NCBI GenBank assembly: GCA_965649765.1
Contig: OZ287756.1
Location: 57,350,001 to 57,414,000 of the forward strand
DNA from: Bispira polyomma
Taxonomy: Eukaryota
Length of the DNA stretch: 64,000 nucleotides
Direction of reading: 5' to 3'
Shown: in pieces, positions 49,207 to 62,680 of the stretch
How positions within the stretch are numbered: the first letter of the stretch is position 1
Layout of the letters: every line of letters starts with the position of its first letter
Notes under the pieces: model-generated
Told to the model about the DNA's origin: nothing
What the model saw: the letters and a program-made list of their open reading frames with translations, nothing else
Database searches by the model: none
Program-made: the position numbers and the translations under genes

Positions 49207-50056
49207 CAGGGTTGGTGCTAGGATTTTTTAAAGTGGGGTTTTTGGGACCCCACCTCTCATAAAAAGTGGGGTCCCGGAGTAGCTTCCATGCATCCAATAG
49301 ATATTTATCATTATAGTGACAAATACAGTAATTCAAATATAATAAAAATATACTGTTGTATTTTTACACTTATCAAACAACAGAATATAATAACATAAAA
49401 TATGAAAATTTGAGTCAAACACTACAAATGTATTATTGATACTTCTACATCCAAATATATAATTTAACAACAAACAAACCAATGTTAGCCATGAGATATA
49501 AAAATGTAAGTCAAACTCCACAAATTAAATATTTGTACATACAAATATATAATTTAACACCAAACAAACCAATGTTAGCCATTAAATTATAACAACATCT
49601 AACAAATCAGCTGTAGCTTAAAATAGAAAAAAAAATTCTCCCCAAAAATAAGCTGTGGCTTAGTGGTATAATTGGATAAAACATGTCGATTGTGAAGCCT
49701 TATTGACCATTAAGTTTCATAAATATAATATGAAATAAAGTTTAGATACTTGAATTGTTAATTAAAATAAGTTGGGCAATTCGTATCACCCAGCCCCTAA
49801 CAGAATTTCAAACGAATTACTAACGAGTTTTAGAAACTCCCCATTCAAAACGCCATGACCGGAAACACTAAATCAAAACATCGAAATCTGCCATGACCGC
49901 TAGAAACTTTAAAATATATAAAAATTAAAAGGGGAAAATGGCGATTTTTACATTAGGATTTCTGCGTCCTAATGGACACATTGTATATTTTAATTTGCGT
50001 CCGCTTACGAAAATTACGCATTTTTAGATGCTCGGATGGCGTAAGCGCGAACCCTG
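49207..50056. mobile_element. Non-autonomous TIR element
   Basis: CAGGGTTGGTGCT...AGCGCGAACCCTG termini, with ACAATA duplicated on both flanks. Confidence 0.6.
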
Positions 50057-51581
50057 ACAATACCATATACTTCAATATTTGTGTGACAGTGAAAAGAGCA
50101 ATAGTACATATAAAATCTAATAACTCTAAAACTGATGCTCATTGTAATAAATAATAAATGTTCCAGGAAGGATTCCAAATTGTAGTACATTTTGGGTTGT
50201 TTTGGTCTTCAGCACGCCCCTGTTTTATTTTGTACAGCAATTAATGATGAAAGAATGTATTACTTATTCACTGTGTGATTTGTATTATGTTCTCATTGGA
50301 ATTGCTTATTGTGTGTCTATTGATGTGATGGCGTACTAGGTGTACATATTTTTGCTCGAGTATGAAATAAAGATGTACATGTATCACTTCATTGGTTAAA
50401 ACTTAAAACTGATATCATTTTAAATTGTATTTTGCATTTTAAACTGTTGTTGTGCATCTTCTAAATCATAACAAAATAATCAATTAACCAAAATGTATGC
50501 AATGAAAGAACCATTAAGCTGTTATATTGCTTCAGTTACTCGCAATAGAAAATGATTACGATATATACTCCTGTATCATAAAAATCAAAACATTCTTACT
50601 GTAACTGTTAAATACATGTGTGTGTACCTGTGTATATAATCTATAACACATAATCAAAAGGGTCTGAGTGGCCCAAAATTTATTACAAGTGAGCAAGAAT
50701 TAGACTCAAGTGAACATATGTGCAATTTGGCACACCATATGGTAGCTCTCAGATTAGACATAATTACTTAGGTATCTGCCTTATCATAACAGTGTGTATA
50801 CATAATGATACTGGCTGTAGTTTTCTATTACATTGTATCAAAATTCATAATCAGCAACCTTCATTCTGAACGAAGAGACAGTATTCGGTGAACGGCAAAC
50901 AAATTAATTGATGCCAGTTCAAACATGTTCACAGCTGAATATAATTGATTGCTAGAGAGTAAGAGCTAGTCATTGTGGACCATATGTATAATTTCCCATA
51001 CACGACTGTAGTTGTTAGATATAATTTATTCATAGTTCCTGGGTATATTTCATCAAATAACTTAACAATTAGAGGGTCACTAAGTGTATAATTAAGATGA
51101 TGACAAATAAGCAGACGGTCATAGGAAAAAACATAACCAACTGGGCAAATACACAATAATAACACAGCATGATGCTCAAATAATCCTACATCATGCTGAA
51201 ACCATTGATTCACAAAAAAAATAGAACTGGAAGTCACAGCAAATTTTCTGTAAATGTCATACAATTAAAAAATAATTGCAATTTTTATTTCTCTCTCAAA
51301 GGGTATACTAATTCAGCAAATTAAAAGATTTAGATTGAAATTGTCCTCATCAAACAGCTTGTATTAGTACATGGAGCCACACACCTTCTCACACAAAATA
51401 TCTTATCTTATCAAACTGAATCATCATCAATGTCATTTTACAATATAATGCTGTACTTACCAAAAATTCAACCTTGATGGCAATTCATCTGATAGGCCAA
51501 TAACTGACTAATTGCTCATACATATCTAGTATAGAGCTGCAGTTTTCTAAAAGTTTACATTTGTGTACAATATCATTCAGA

Positions 51582-53631
51582 ATGGTCGTTTGTTGCAAAG
51601 CATCGAGAGTTGTAAGTATATATATAGACGTTTTATTGGAATAGCTACTTCTAAACTATACAATGTATATCAATTTTAACTGTGCGACTATAAGACTTGT
51701 ATTATTTAGTTTACAAGCAAAATGTGACTGGATAAATATACTTTATATGTGTATAATTATATGTTTCAGAGGAGACTGCCATACAGGGAAGTTTCAAATT
51801 TTAGTACATTAGGTTCCAATTGCGATATCTCAAAATTACAATGTTACATAATTTAAGTCAACTTGTGTTATCTTTACATCATTGAATAATTTTGCATTAT
51901 GAAATAATCATTGATTAATATATATTTAACTTTTGTGTAATAATAGCATAGCCATAAATCAGTACCTATAATCGATTATGTTATTTTATCACTTTTAGAG
52001 CATAGGTTTGTGGGGGGTATTTTTTGCTGTGAATTTTCTGCTCCAAATATGTTCAGTCACTGCAATAAAGACAGATATACCGCAAGGTGATGTCACAGTT
52101 GTATTGCTAGACTTGGCCAAGGACATGGAATTTATGAAGAATGAAATGCTCAGCCTCAAGGAGGATTTTACGGTGATGTCAACTGAGATTGGCAACTTGA
52201 AAAAGGCAGGTATGATTGTGTTATGTTATCAGCTGTGGAGAATTTGTTCAGAGAGGGTATTGGTGGTGATAGTGTTGGTGGTAACACAATCGCCTCCAAC
52301 ACTTACAATCTAGGGTTCCAATCTCAGTCCTAGCATGTATGCAGAAGATTTGCAGTAGATTTGGTCATGGAATAAAACCTTGACAAACTACTCTACTCTC
52401 ATTTCCTCTGAGAGTAGTGAAACATCAATACAATCATTTAGTAAGAAAGTAGAGCTTGGGTCCATTGTTTAGAAGGGATGAAGTTATGATTTTGCAGACT
52501 TCATCGTTGCTGAGTATTCTGAATTTAGTTAAGGTAAGTGCTTTGTGTGGAGCAGTAGGAATGTCCAGGGAGGTGGATATTGTGATAGTCATACAAATGT
52601 TATCAATATTTTTAGGAAAAATAATGTCTAAGCATAATTGCTGCATCAGTAAGGCTGTTACAGTCCTGTGGAACAGGATCAATAACTTTATGGAGGATCT
52701 TTTTTTAGTTATTTTTAGCATTTGAATTAGCCTATTATAATCGTTGACAGTAGCACTGTAATGTGATCTGTCTTTGCTAGATTTTGTAGGGCGCTATATT
52801 TTCTCAAGGAACCTTTTCTACCTCTTTGACAGTTTGCCCACTATATACATGTAAGACAATTTAATGTAAAGACTTTTGCTAAAATTCAGTCTGCCACGAA
52901 TGATTCTACATAGAAAAAAGAGTCTGTCTCTGATTTGTCAATATGAATGATAAAATCAGCTGTGATTTTTATCGCATAAACGAGTATTGCTAATTTCCGT
53001 GTCGTCATTACAAACCTGAATTGTTGAAAACTGCATAAAAACATTGAAATCTTTGTCATTTTACCACATTAAAACAATATAATTAAATGCTAATTAAATA
53101 ATATTTTGTCTTAAACTTTTGTACACCTTTTGGTTTATGTTTAATTGACGCATATGACCGCAATTCAATGATATGCTGTTATTACTTTCAGTACACAGTG
53201 CCAATGAGGGGGTAAGCTTCTCTGCCTATTTGTCACTGGGATGGATTTATCCAGAAGTCGGGGAAACCATTACATTTGACAGAGTGCTTGTCAATGAAGG
53301 GGGAGCATACGACGATGCGGCAAGTGTTTTCACCTGCCCCATCAGTGGGATGTATTTCTTTGCTTTCATGTTGTACTCAAATGACTTAGGACCTGGTGAG
53401 ATACTGAACGGGGCCATAGATGTTGATGGGGTGTACATGGCTGAAACATACTGTGCAAATACTAATGACCTTGGTGTAACCCTGCAGTGTGGTAATAGTG
53501 TTGTGATCCAGTGTGATTCTGGTCAGATGGTGAGAATCGTTCCTGAATGGGACAATAGCCAAATATACGGCAGTGGTCTCGCTCACCGCCGAACAACATT
53601 CTCTGGATTTTTCTTACATAGCATTCTTTAG
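51582..53631 (+). CDS. Secreted C1q-domain protein, paralog 2 (3 coding exons)
   Basis: Exons 51582-51611 (MVVCCKASRV|GTAAGT), 51999-52209 and 53192-53631 (gC1q motifs). Phases 0 and 1 are consistent; AATAAA at about 53684. Confidence 0.9.
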
Positions 53632-54224
53632 GCAATGTATCATTGTGTTCTTGTTACATTAATATTGTGAAAGGAAATGGACTAATAAAACCTGCACCCT
53701 AAAGAAATTGTTGCATCTTCTCAGTTCTTTTTCCTGTGCTGTAAATAGGTGATGTAGAGGTATCACTGTCAGCACCAAGCTCTGTAATCATGGTTCTTCT
53801 ATGTGTGTTCTGCAGTGGTATATAGGGAATATTCTCACCATCAAAAACAACTTAACAAGATATATAGCAACTTATAGCATGCTTACTTATTTGTAATAAA
53901 TCAACATTATTGTTCAAATGTACACAAATGGTGAGTGATAACATTTTCAGAAAATTAAGCAGATATATAAATCCTCTGTATAACTTTATCACATAAGGCC
54001 AACAGTTAAAAATTATTTGATAAGGATCAAACAAAAATTTATTGCTTTTTGGTTTGGTGTACTTCGAGAAAAGAAACATTTTTGAAAATTTGACCGTTTA
54101 TAAAATTAAATAACCTCACTGCAACTGCTGCTACATGCTTGTTTGGGTCCGATTTTACTATAATTTTAACTACTGCTACATATTCCTTGTATTCATATCT
54201 GTTTTATACTTTACGAGGCATTTT

Positions 54225-54440
54225 TGCAAGATAACACAACAACGTTAACAGGGTCAGTTTTGGGGTACCAGTCAGATCACTATTATGGGATGGCTGGCCG
54301 AGTATACAAGCCATCCTCCTTTCAATTATCCCCCCTTTTTACTGCCTTTTTACTTCATCGTTTACCAAATAGAAGTATAAAAAAATATTTATCCTTTGTG
54401 TGACAAAGAGTTTGTTGATTTTATTGGGTTTTATTTACCT
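54225..54440 (+). mobile_element. 5' (A repeat) remnant of an E3-related Ngaro element
   Basis: TGCAAG..(30 nt)..CAGTTTTGGGGTACCAG..ACTATTATGGGATGG..TATACAAG..TCCTTTCAATTATCCC parallels the E3 5' end. Confidence 0.65.
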
Positions 54441-55039
54441 GTTATGACTATTTTACTTGTTATAATCTCACTCTTTTGGTCCTGCATATGGCATTCTTTG
54501 TTTATCGCACTAAGCAATCAACATGACCAAACTGAAGGGTGTCAGTCACATAGTGCACTGATGTCTTTTTCAAAATACAACTCTTGTTATCATATCTCCC
54601 GCCATGACAACAATGTTTTAATATGCTATGTATCTGAACCACATACTCTTGTGTAATATTATACATGAAATAATATACTAATCACGTCTGAAAAGATTAG
54701 TATTCTTGGTTTTTTTTGTACACTAAAACTACATACATAGTACAGACATATGCAATTATGATATGACTATGATAGATTAATTGATGCTAGGCATCTTCCA
54801 AGGCTTAGAAAAAGTGCCTAAAATCAAATCCTTTTCCAAAGCAAGTTCCGGATCATGAAGGTGATGTAAACAAGTACATTTCTATGCAGGGTAAGCGAGA
54901 TTGAAGGGCTGAGTTTGAAAATTGCTTCTGAAATTGGCTGGCAAATTGTTCTGTATCGTAGGTGCTGCAACAGTGAAGGCATACAATCCAAACCGTTTAC
55001 TAGTTTTAGTATTAGAGTCCGAGATTTTGTTTTGCCCAG

Positions 55040-56475
55040 TAAGCCTGCTGAAATACAGCAGTGAAGCAAAATATGGGACTGATTAAAATTTACAGCTATA
55101 TTTGTACTGACTCCCTGTATATTAACAAAGAGAAATATAAGTTGCAAAAAATAACATATAACATTAGTAGGCATACTTCTTAATTATAATTCGTTTCTGC
55201 ATTGTTTTTTTACCTAATTTGTTTGCATATACATTGCAAATCGACTCATCATATACAACTGTCTTGATCACAACATTCGCAAAATAACTATACAATTCTA
55301 GCCACATCAACATGGGTAGACACTAATATAAGATGTTACTTATATTTATTATTCAAATTATACTCCTTACAAACAAACATGCACATACAATGGATTTAAA
55401 TGTACCTCAGATAAAAATTGACTGTATCATTTTCTTTTTTGGCTCTTTAATATTTGTCAGCAAAAGCCAAAATCATCAGGCCTCTCACCAATCTGGGTTT
55501 GAATCCTGCTCTCTTATTCCTGGAAGAAAGTATGCCAGGTACTTGCTGTAGGCCAATGATTTAAATAATGCTTCAGCACTGGTTCCTTCCGCCATGTTTT
55601 CTGCGTGCAGACCACCGAAACACAGTCGTGTCCAAGAAATAAAACTCTAAAATTTCTTTGGTTTCAAGTCTAGAGTGATGTGGGGTGACTGTAAAAGCGA
55701 TGTGGGGTGACTTAATGACAGAATATAGACGTTTCAGATGAAAATAAAGGAATTTTTGCCAAATAAATCCATTTTTTGTCAAGTGATTTAGGTGTGTTTT
55801 CTGCATGCAGACCACCGAGACGTGGCCGTGCAACAGAAATAAAATGCTGAAATTTCTTTACTTTCAAGCCAAGTGATTTGTGTGTGTTTTCTGTGAGATT
55901 CTGTTTTCCCCCAAAAAAGCCTGTTGAAAAACAGCAATGAGGCTAAATATGGGGGCAGACTAAAATTTACAGCTATATAACTACCGACTCCCTGTTTATT
56001 AACAAAGAGAAATGTCAGTTGCAAAAAAAAAAATAAAACATTTTCAAATTCATTGTGTTTTATATATTGAATCAAATTTAAGATTCAACATACAATTACA
56101 ACTTTCACATCATTTCAGTTTTAACAAAAAATTAACAATTTAATTTTAGTTGCATTTATGCAAACCATGTAGATATGTAACAAAATGTAATTGGTGATAG
56201 GCATACTTCTTAATTATAATTCTATATACTTTTTTTTGCACAAACATTGCAAATCAACTCAGATACTACTGTCTTGATCACAACATTCGCAAAAAAACTA
56301 AACAATTCTAGCCACAGCAACATGGGTAGATATTAATATAAGATGTTACTTATATTTATTATTCAAATTATACTCCTTACAAACAAACATGCACATACAA
56401 TGGATTTAAATGCACCTCAGATAAAAATGAACTATATCATTTTCCTTTTTGATTCTTCAATATTTGTCGGCAAAA
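55040..56475. repeat. Diverged tandem duplication, about 1 kb
   Basis: 55040-55160 resembles 55915-56030, and 55168-55465 resembles 56198-56475. Confidence 0.85.
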
Positions 56476-58999
56476 CTCCAACTTCAATGGATCGCAGACG
56501 TGTCTCTGTCTTACGCAGTAATGACACATTTGTATGATTCTAATGTCATTTGTATCACCATCTCTCTTTGATAGATTCGGTCCTGGGAGGATTCTTTCTT
56601 CTAGCAAATCAAGGTCATAGTCGGCATACCTGGGGTAACCTGTTTAATTGAGAGTTGTTATTTTAGGCAAGAAACACAATTTATGAAGTGCTGTTTGGAA
56701 TTGGTATAGACAAACAACGTCATAGTACCATCAATTAGATAAAATATGTTTTAATTATTCTGGGAAAATGATATATAAATAAATCACGAACAGCTAATAA
56801 ATCACTTAATTTAGTTGAATATTTTAACTTGCAAATATCAAAATTGGAAGTTTATCACAGTGATATTTTAGAAAGACTTGAGTGTGAATTTTTATGAAAA
56901 TAACAATTTATTAAAAGCTGAATTTGACTGCAAATGAGTTTGTCCTATTTGTTTCACCAAAGCTATCCTTGTATACATCTAATATAGCTTATACCATATG
57001 TTATACCTGTCAGTGTCATAATGTATTGTACTGTTGAGTATTACATGTTTGTCTGTGAAAATTGTGACTATGTATATTGTAAAAAAAGAGAACAAAAAAA
57101 GACAGTATTTCCTTACTATTCATCAATGTCATGTTAATGTGCCACCAATGATAGCTCACAATGACAAATGCTTACTTGTACAAAACCGATTATTTAAGTT
57201 GATGACATGCAAGCTTTGCTATGTATCTGCCAATCCTTAAAGTGAAGCTAGTTGAACATTTGTACACGATTACACATTGTATGAATACAACATAATGCAC
57301 TCTTACAAATTGTGCTCTGTTGAAATAAGTTATGTAGTTTGTGACATAAAAAAAACATAAATAAATAGATATTTGTTGTTTTCCTATGCTCTCAAGTTTA
57401 GAATCTCAGCAAATATGCCATCCAGCCGGTCTGAATGCCTAAACAACCCATTTAAAGTTGAACATAAATTATGTATAAACAAGCTACCTCAACATATCCA
57501 CATATAACAGTTGTATCAATGTTATACCATTACATGCAATTCCCTTATCATTTGTCAATATCCTTTTTGTCTCAACCTGTAACTGGGGGTATGACCCAAA
57601 ATGACAGAGGACACAATTATTTTAAGACTGGAATTTATTATCAAAGTTCTGTGCCTACCTGCAAATGTTCACATTGCCTTACAACAACTTAGGTCACATC
57701 ACAACGGCTTGATTTCAATGCTTAAGCATTGTGTAAATCACCGGTTTACCTCAAGTACCTGACATACTTTCGCACATGAAAGAGAGAGCAGGATTCAAAG
57801 CAACATTGGTGAGAGGCCTGATGATTGTAAAATTGATTGAAAAGTGATTGGTTCAGAGACCAGTTGGAGAAGACACTTGCATAGGAAGTTGTATGGCTCA
57901 GGTTGTAAACCAGTTTGTGGCCCCCAGGTCTTACATCAAATACACAGTAGTGTTTTTATATGTCACCACTTGGTCAACACAGATACCTGACCTGTGGAAT
58001 ATGTAAGGTAATTTAATAATGCAGAGTTTAGTTCATTTAACTTTAGAGTATTTTTGAGCCACTGAATCCAAGTGGATAGGTAACACATTTGCTTAGCTGC
58101 TATGAAGACATATCGCCCTAGGTTTGATCCCATCCCAGGGATCACATACATGCCTTATTAACTATATGGCAAACTTGGGATACAGCATGGATGTGAACCG
58201 TATAGCATTGGGTGTCTGTACCAGGTGTTAAGTAAAACATGACAACTTGGTGATTACATGGTGAGGAACTAACATGTTAATGGCAAAATGTGGTCAATGG
58301 TTTATTGTCAAGTGTGGCCTTGAAAATAAAACACTACTTTCAAAATATAGAAGACCTGTTTTTTTTTATCCAAACTACCTTGAATATCCTACATGCATAA
58401 AAACCTTCAGTCAAGCTATCTTTATTCATTTCAATGTCAGACAAACAGGTATTAGTGACTAAAATGTCCAATATTAAATGTATGAATTATTAAATATCCA
58501 TATAATTTAGCACAGTTAATCCATACATTGAACTACTTTTTCATTGATAAATAAAACAGTGAACTAATAAACTTATCACAAGTTGAACGATTATCACATT
58601 GTATTTTAGTTTTTAAGAAGACAAATCTGAAAAGTTTTAAAATAAATTTTACTGTATCAATTCCTGTTCAAACACTGAAAATTATATTTAAAGTTGAAAA
58701 CTATCATTACAGATGTCTTTGAACTTAAATCTACCTCTAAAATGAGTTAAATTCACTTCCACAGTGCAAGTTCTTAAAATATGGTATACATGTTCTTAAT
58801 ACTTTCCTTTTTATGTAAAAACAAAAACAATGTCACATACTTACCCTTGGTGTGTAGCATTAACATACTGGTGATTATAAGGAAGGTCAAGGTCAATACA
58901 CTAAATATGTTCTTCATTTTCTTAATGTGGCTGAAAATAACCCAATATAACATCTATTTAGTTTCATATACGAGACCTTCTGTTTCCTCTGTTGAACCA

Positions 59000-59270
59000 A
59001 TCAGGAGGCCTAGACCTTAAGCTTTCTGAATTGCTGTGCCTATGTTATGGAATAATCTCTCAATTGAGCTTAGATCATTTGGAAACAATTTCTGGATTTA
59101 GGAAAAACATTAAAAAACCTATATCACTTCAAATTCGCTTGCCACCCTTTAGTTTGTTCATCGCTGAACACCACTACATCCTTCCTTACGACTTGGCTTC
59201 TCTGTTGGTTTATTGATTCTGTTTGTTGCACTTTAGAAGATACCTCACAAGGCAAGTTAAAAAAGAAAAA
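59000..59270 (+). mobile_element. Old LINE 3' end remnant
   Basis: W N..L..L..GFRK..LK.Y...PP-like C-terminus and a UTR resembling 35370-35560. Confidence 0.35.
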
Positions 59271-60447
59271 TACCTATAACCTACTAGTGCCAAAAAAGTG
59301 AGAAAAAAAAAGAACTCCGGATTTAGCGTTCTACTCCGATGTACTTCAACATTTTTTTTGTTTTCCCTTCATAAAATTTAATGTAAAGATACAAGCAAAG
59401 TGGCCAAGACATTACATAAATACTCAATACACCACTGTCAATTATATTCTAAATTTAAAATCATAAGGAATGGAAACAAATATATATCCATTAATGTTTT
59501 TTCGTGTCACAAACTACATAACTTATTTGATTTGTTTATATTGTATTCATAGAATGTGTACTCGTGTATAATTGTTCAACTAGCAGTATTTTCTAATATC
59601 TGCAACCAAAAGTATCAAACTCCTGGATTACACTCATTATTAGTACTGAATTAGTTTAATATTACACTGTATCCTAACATTATAATAATTTCTTATTGAT
59701 GCAAAACTCAATATTGATTCACATGCCAATTAAATCACTTTTAGTTACTATAATTTAATTGCTCTCAAAACGATTCTGGTTTGCCAAGAGATAAATTTAA
59801 ATTTTATTTTTACATATACTGATAAATTCTGAAAAAGATCATGCTCTTATTTGTTATTTGTTGATATATACCACTACTTTGTTTGGCTTTTTCACTTTTA
59901 TCTGGGTTTTTTTCCTCCCAATAACACGTCAGTGATGGTTAGTTTTCAAAGACAATATTTATAACAAATTAATATTTCTATTTAATCATTTATCAAATAT
60001 ATATAAATACAATCGAGATATTTGGATATCAATTTGAAGATGAAAACACATCAGTTATACAGCTTTATAGATACCAAATATCAAAATTGAACTTACTTGA
60101 AATCTCCAAAATAATCACGAACAAGTGAAAATATCAGCTTTCATCCACCAATTGCAAGTTGTGAACATGGGACCAATTTATACTGCACAGTGACTAATTA
60201 CATCCTTAAAATTATATGCACAAAAAATTCCCCCCTACCAACCCCTTTACGCACAATGGAGAATCACCCCTGGCTTAGCTTTCTGTGACATCATACTTTT
60301 ATCCCTGATTCATTAAGTTATTAACTTCCCACATCAGGATGTTGTAGTACAGATGCCCAATGATGAGCGGTGGAGAGGTGTTGGGGGTGGGGTATTGTTT
60401 ATGAACACACACAATGAAAAAAATCTTACTGGCACTACTATAATTAA

Positions 60448-60856
60448 CCCATTCGTGCCTATTCATTTGTTTCCCTTTTAGTTCCTTGTAATAGAAAATT
60501 GTTAGTACAGCAGACTCCTTTGTTTAAAATAATTATACGCAAGGTTGTTATTCCGTGTTGAAAGGAGTGTGTGGTGTGTGTGTCAGTGACTCCAGCTATG
60601 TGTAAGCTACCATGGAAACATTTCCTTTGGTTTCTGATGATAGTTTTAGTGACTCCAGCTATGTGTGTAAGCTACCATGGAAACATTTCCTTTGGTTCCT
60701 GGAGATAGTTTTAGTGACTGTAGCTATGTGTAAGCTACTATGGAAACATTTCCTTTGGTTCCCAGTGATAGTTTTAGAGATACCCGCTATGTCTAAGCTA
60801 CAATAAAAACATTTCCTTCAGTTACCGATGATAGATTTATCATAGGGTCCAAAGGG
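60448..60856. mobile_element. piggyBac-like MITE with an internal tandem repeat of about 65 bp
   Basis: TTAA|CCCATTCGTGCCTAT ... ATAGGGTCCAAAGGG|TTAA; four units at 60584-60830. Confidence 0.7.
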
Positions 60857-61148
60857 TTAAGCCTATGTATTGCAAACCACTGATTGAAATATTTAATGTG
60901 GAAAATTTAAAAAAAAATTACATGTGGTTTGCATTGAGTAGTTGTTGTTTTTTAGTTTTTTTTAAATAAAATTAGTTTATTAACCGTAGGAACTAATTTT
61001 TTCAGGCACCCTGTGCAGTGAGAAGAGGTTGCAACCCGCTCAAAGGGACATATTGAGTATTTATGAGTAGTTTGAGTATTGCTTAATTTTGTAGAATGCT
61101 CACCGGTTGACATAAAATTGGCAAAACAGGTACTATTGTATTGAAGTG

Positions 61149-61518
61149 TAGAGCTGCCATTGTTTGTTTTATTATTTTCCTTTTTTTTAAATTTAAATAA
61201 CCTGTATATTCAAGCTACTAAGTCGTATATTCGAGTTACTAACTGGAATATTCAAGATAATAACTTGAATTTTCAAGTAAATAGCTTGAATATTCAAGTT
61301 ACCTAACTTGTATAATCAAGTTATCTAATTTGAATATTCAAGTTATGTAACTTTAACATACAAGTTAGGTAATTTGAATATACAAGTTAAGTAAGTTAAA
61401 TATACAAGTTAAGTAACTTGAATAAATGACTTACTAACTTGAATATACGAGTTATAAACTTGAATATACTAATTATTTTTTTCTTAATTAGAATAATAAA
61501 AAAGCATTGGTAGCTCTA
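61149..61518. mobile_element. Foldback/MITE with internal AACTTGAATATTCAAGTT repeats
   Basis: TAGAGCTGCCATTG / CATTGGTAGCTCTA terminal inverted repeats; internal array of about 22-bp palindromic units. Confidence 0.7.
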
Positions 61519-62441
61519 TGTTGCCGTAATTACTTTTGAAATTAGCATATTAGGAAAAAAAAAACATACAGCATGATGTGCTTGTAAACATACAACTGTT
61601 TAAATATCTTTCCAAATTTCTGTCCAAATTCAAAAGCTTCATTTGGTGACATCACCAGATGACTGGGAAATACACTACCAAGCTTGTTATATTAAAAGGT
61701 TTAAAGTAGGAATCAGACCCTATGGTTTGAGCTAATGAAACAGGAAATTACACAAATTTAGGGGGAGGTAGGCCAATAACTACCTTTTAGAGATAAATCC
61801 ATCTATTCGAGGGTTATAATTGATAATATTGTGTTTCTTTTTTATTTATTTTTTTTATTTTACCTGCCCATATTTGCTTCCGGCAACGAGGTAATGTTTT
61901 TAGCTGTGTACTTTTTTCGGATATTTGGTCCCTAAAATTTTGCGTAAAGCTGTGTGGAGGGATTGGGGCATAGTCCAAAATGGAATGCGAGATATTGCTA
62001 AAAAGCACAGCTTTTATTTAAAAGTGTCGCTTTTTACATATGTAAAAATAATTTAAACACATTGGTACAACAAATTTGAATCAGGAACAGGGGCGTAGCT
62101 ACCGTTAACGCCAGTACGCCCAGGCGTACCAATTTAATGACCAGAAAAAAAAAAAATTTAAAACAAAAAAATAAATAAAAAATAAAAATTTCTCCTCTTT
62201 ATTCAGTTTGTTTTAGTAGTAACATAGATTTATGATTTATGCTATGTTATTATATTTCACCAAACCCCCCTAAATTCTACTACACTTAAAAATATTTAAA
62301 TTATTTTGCTTTACTCTGGAAACTATACAATTATAATTACTAGACTTTAAGAATCACTATAGAACAAAAAGGTCTCAGTTGTTCCTACCCTGTACCCTGT
62401 TCCTACCCTGTACGTTTTGATAAATTATCGTAAAATTTTAG

Positions 62442-62535
62442 TGACGTCATCCTTCACTATTGTGACGTTAAAGAAACAGTAAACATTTTGTAAGACGTAT
62501 AATGATATGACGTTTAATCCATAATTACGTCACAT
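62442..62535. promoter_or_regulatory. Cluster of CRE/ATF-like sites
   Basis: TGACGTCA at 62442-62449, plus TGACGTT twice and TTACGTCA, 150-240 bp upstream of the ATG at 62681. Confidence 0.45.
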
Positions 62536-62680
62536 AGGATTTGCGTTAGTTACAGTTCATATAGAAACTTCAATAGTCGCTCTGACTTGCAACGGTTTGC
62601 TTCACAAATAGAAGTTGTGGAATTGTTATAGCTTTGTTATAATTAGACAGACAGGAGTAGAATATAGTGCATCACAGAAG

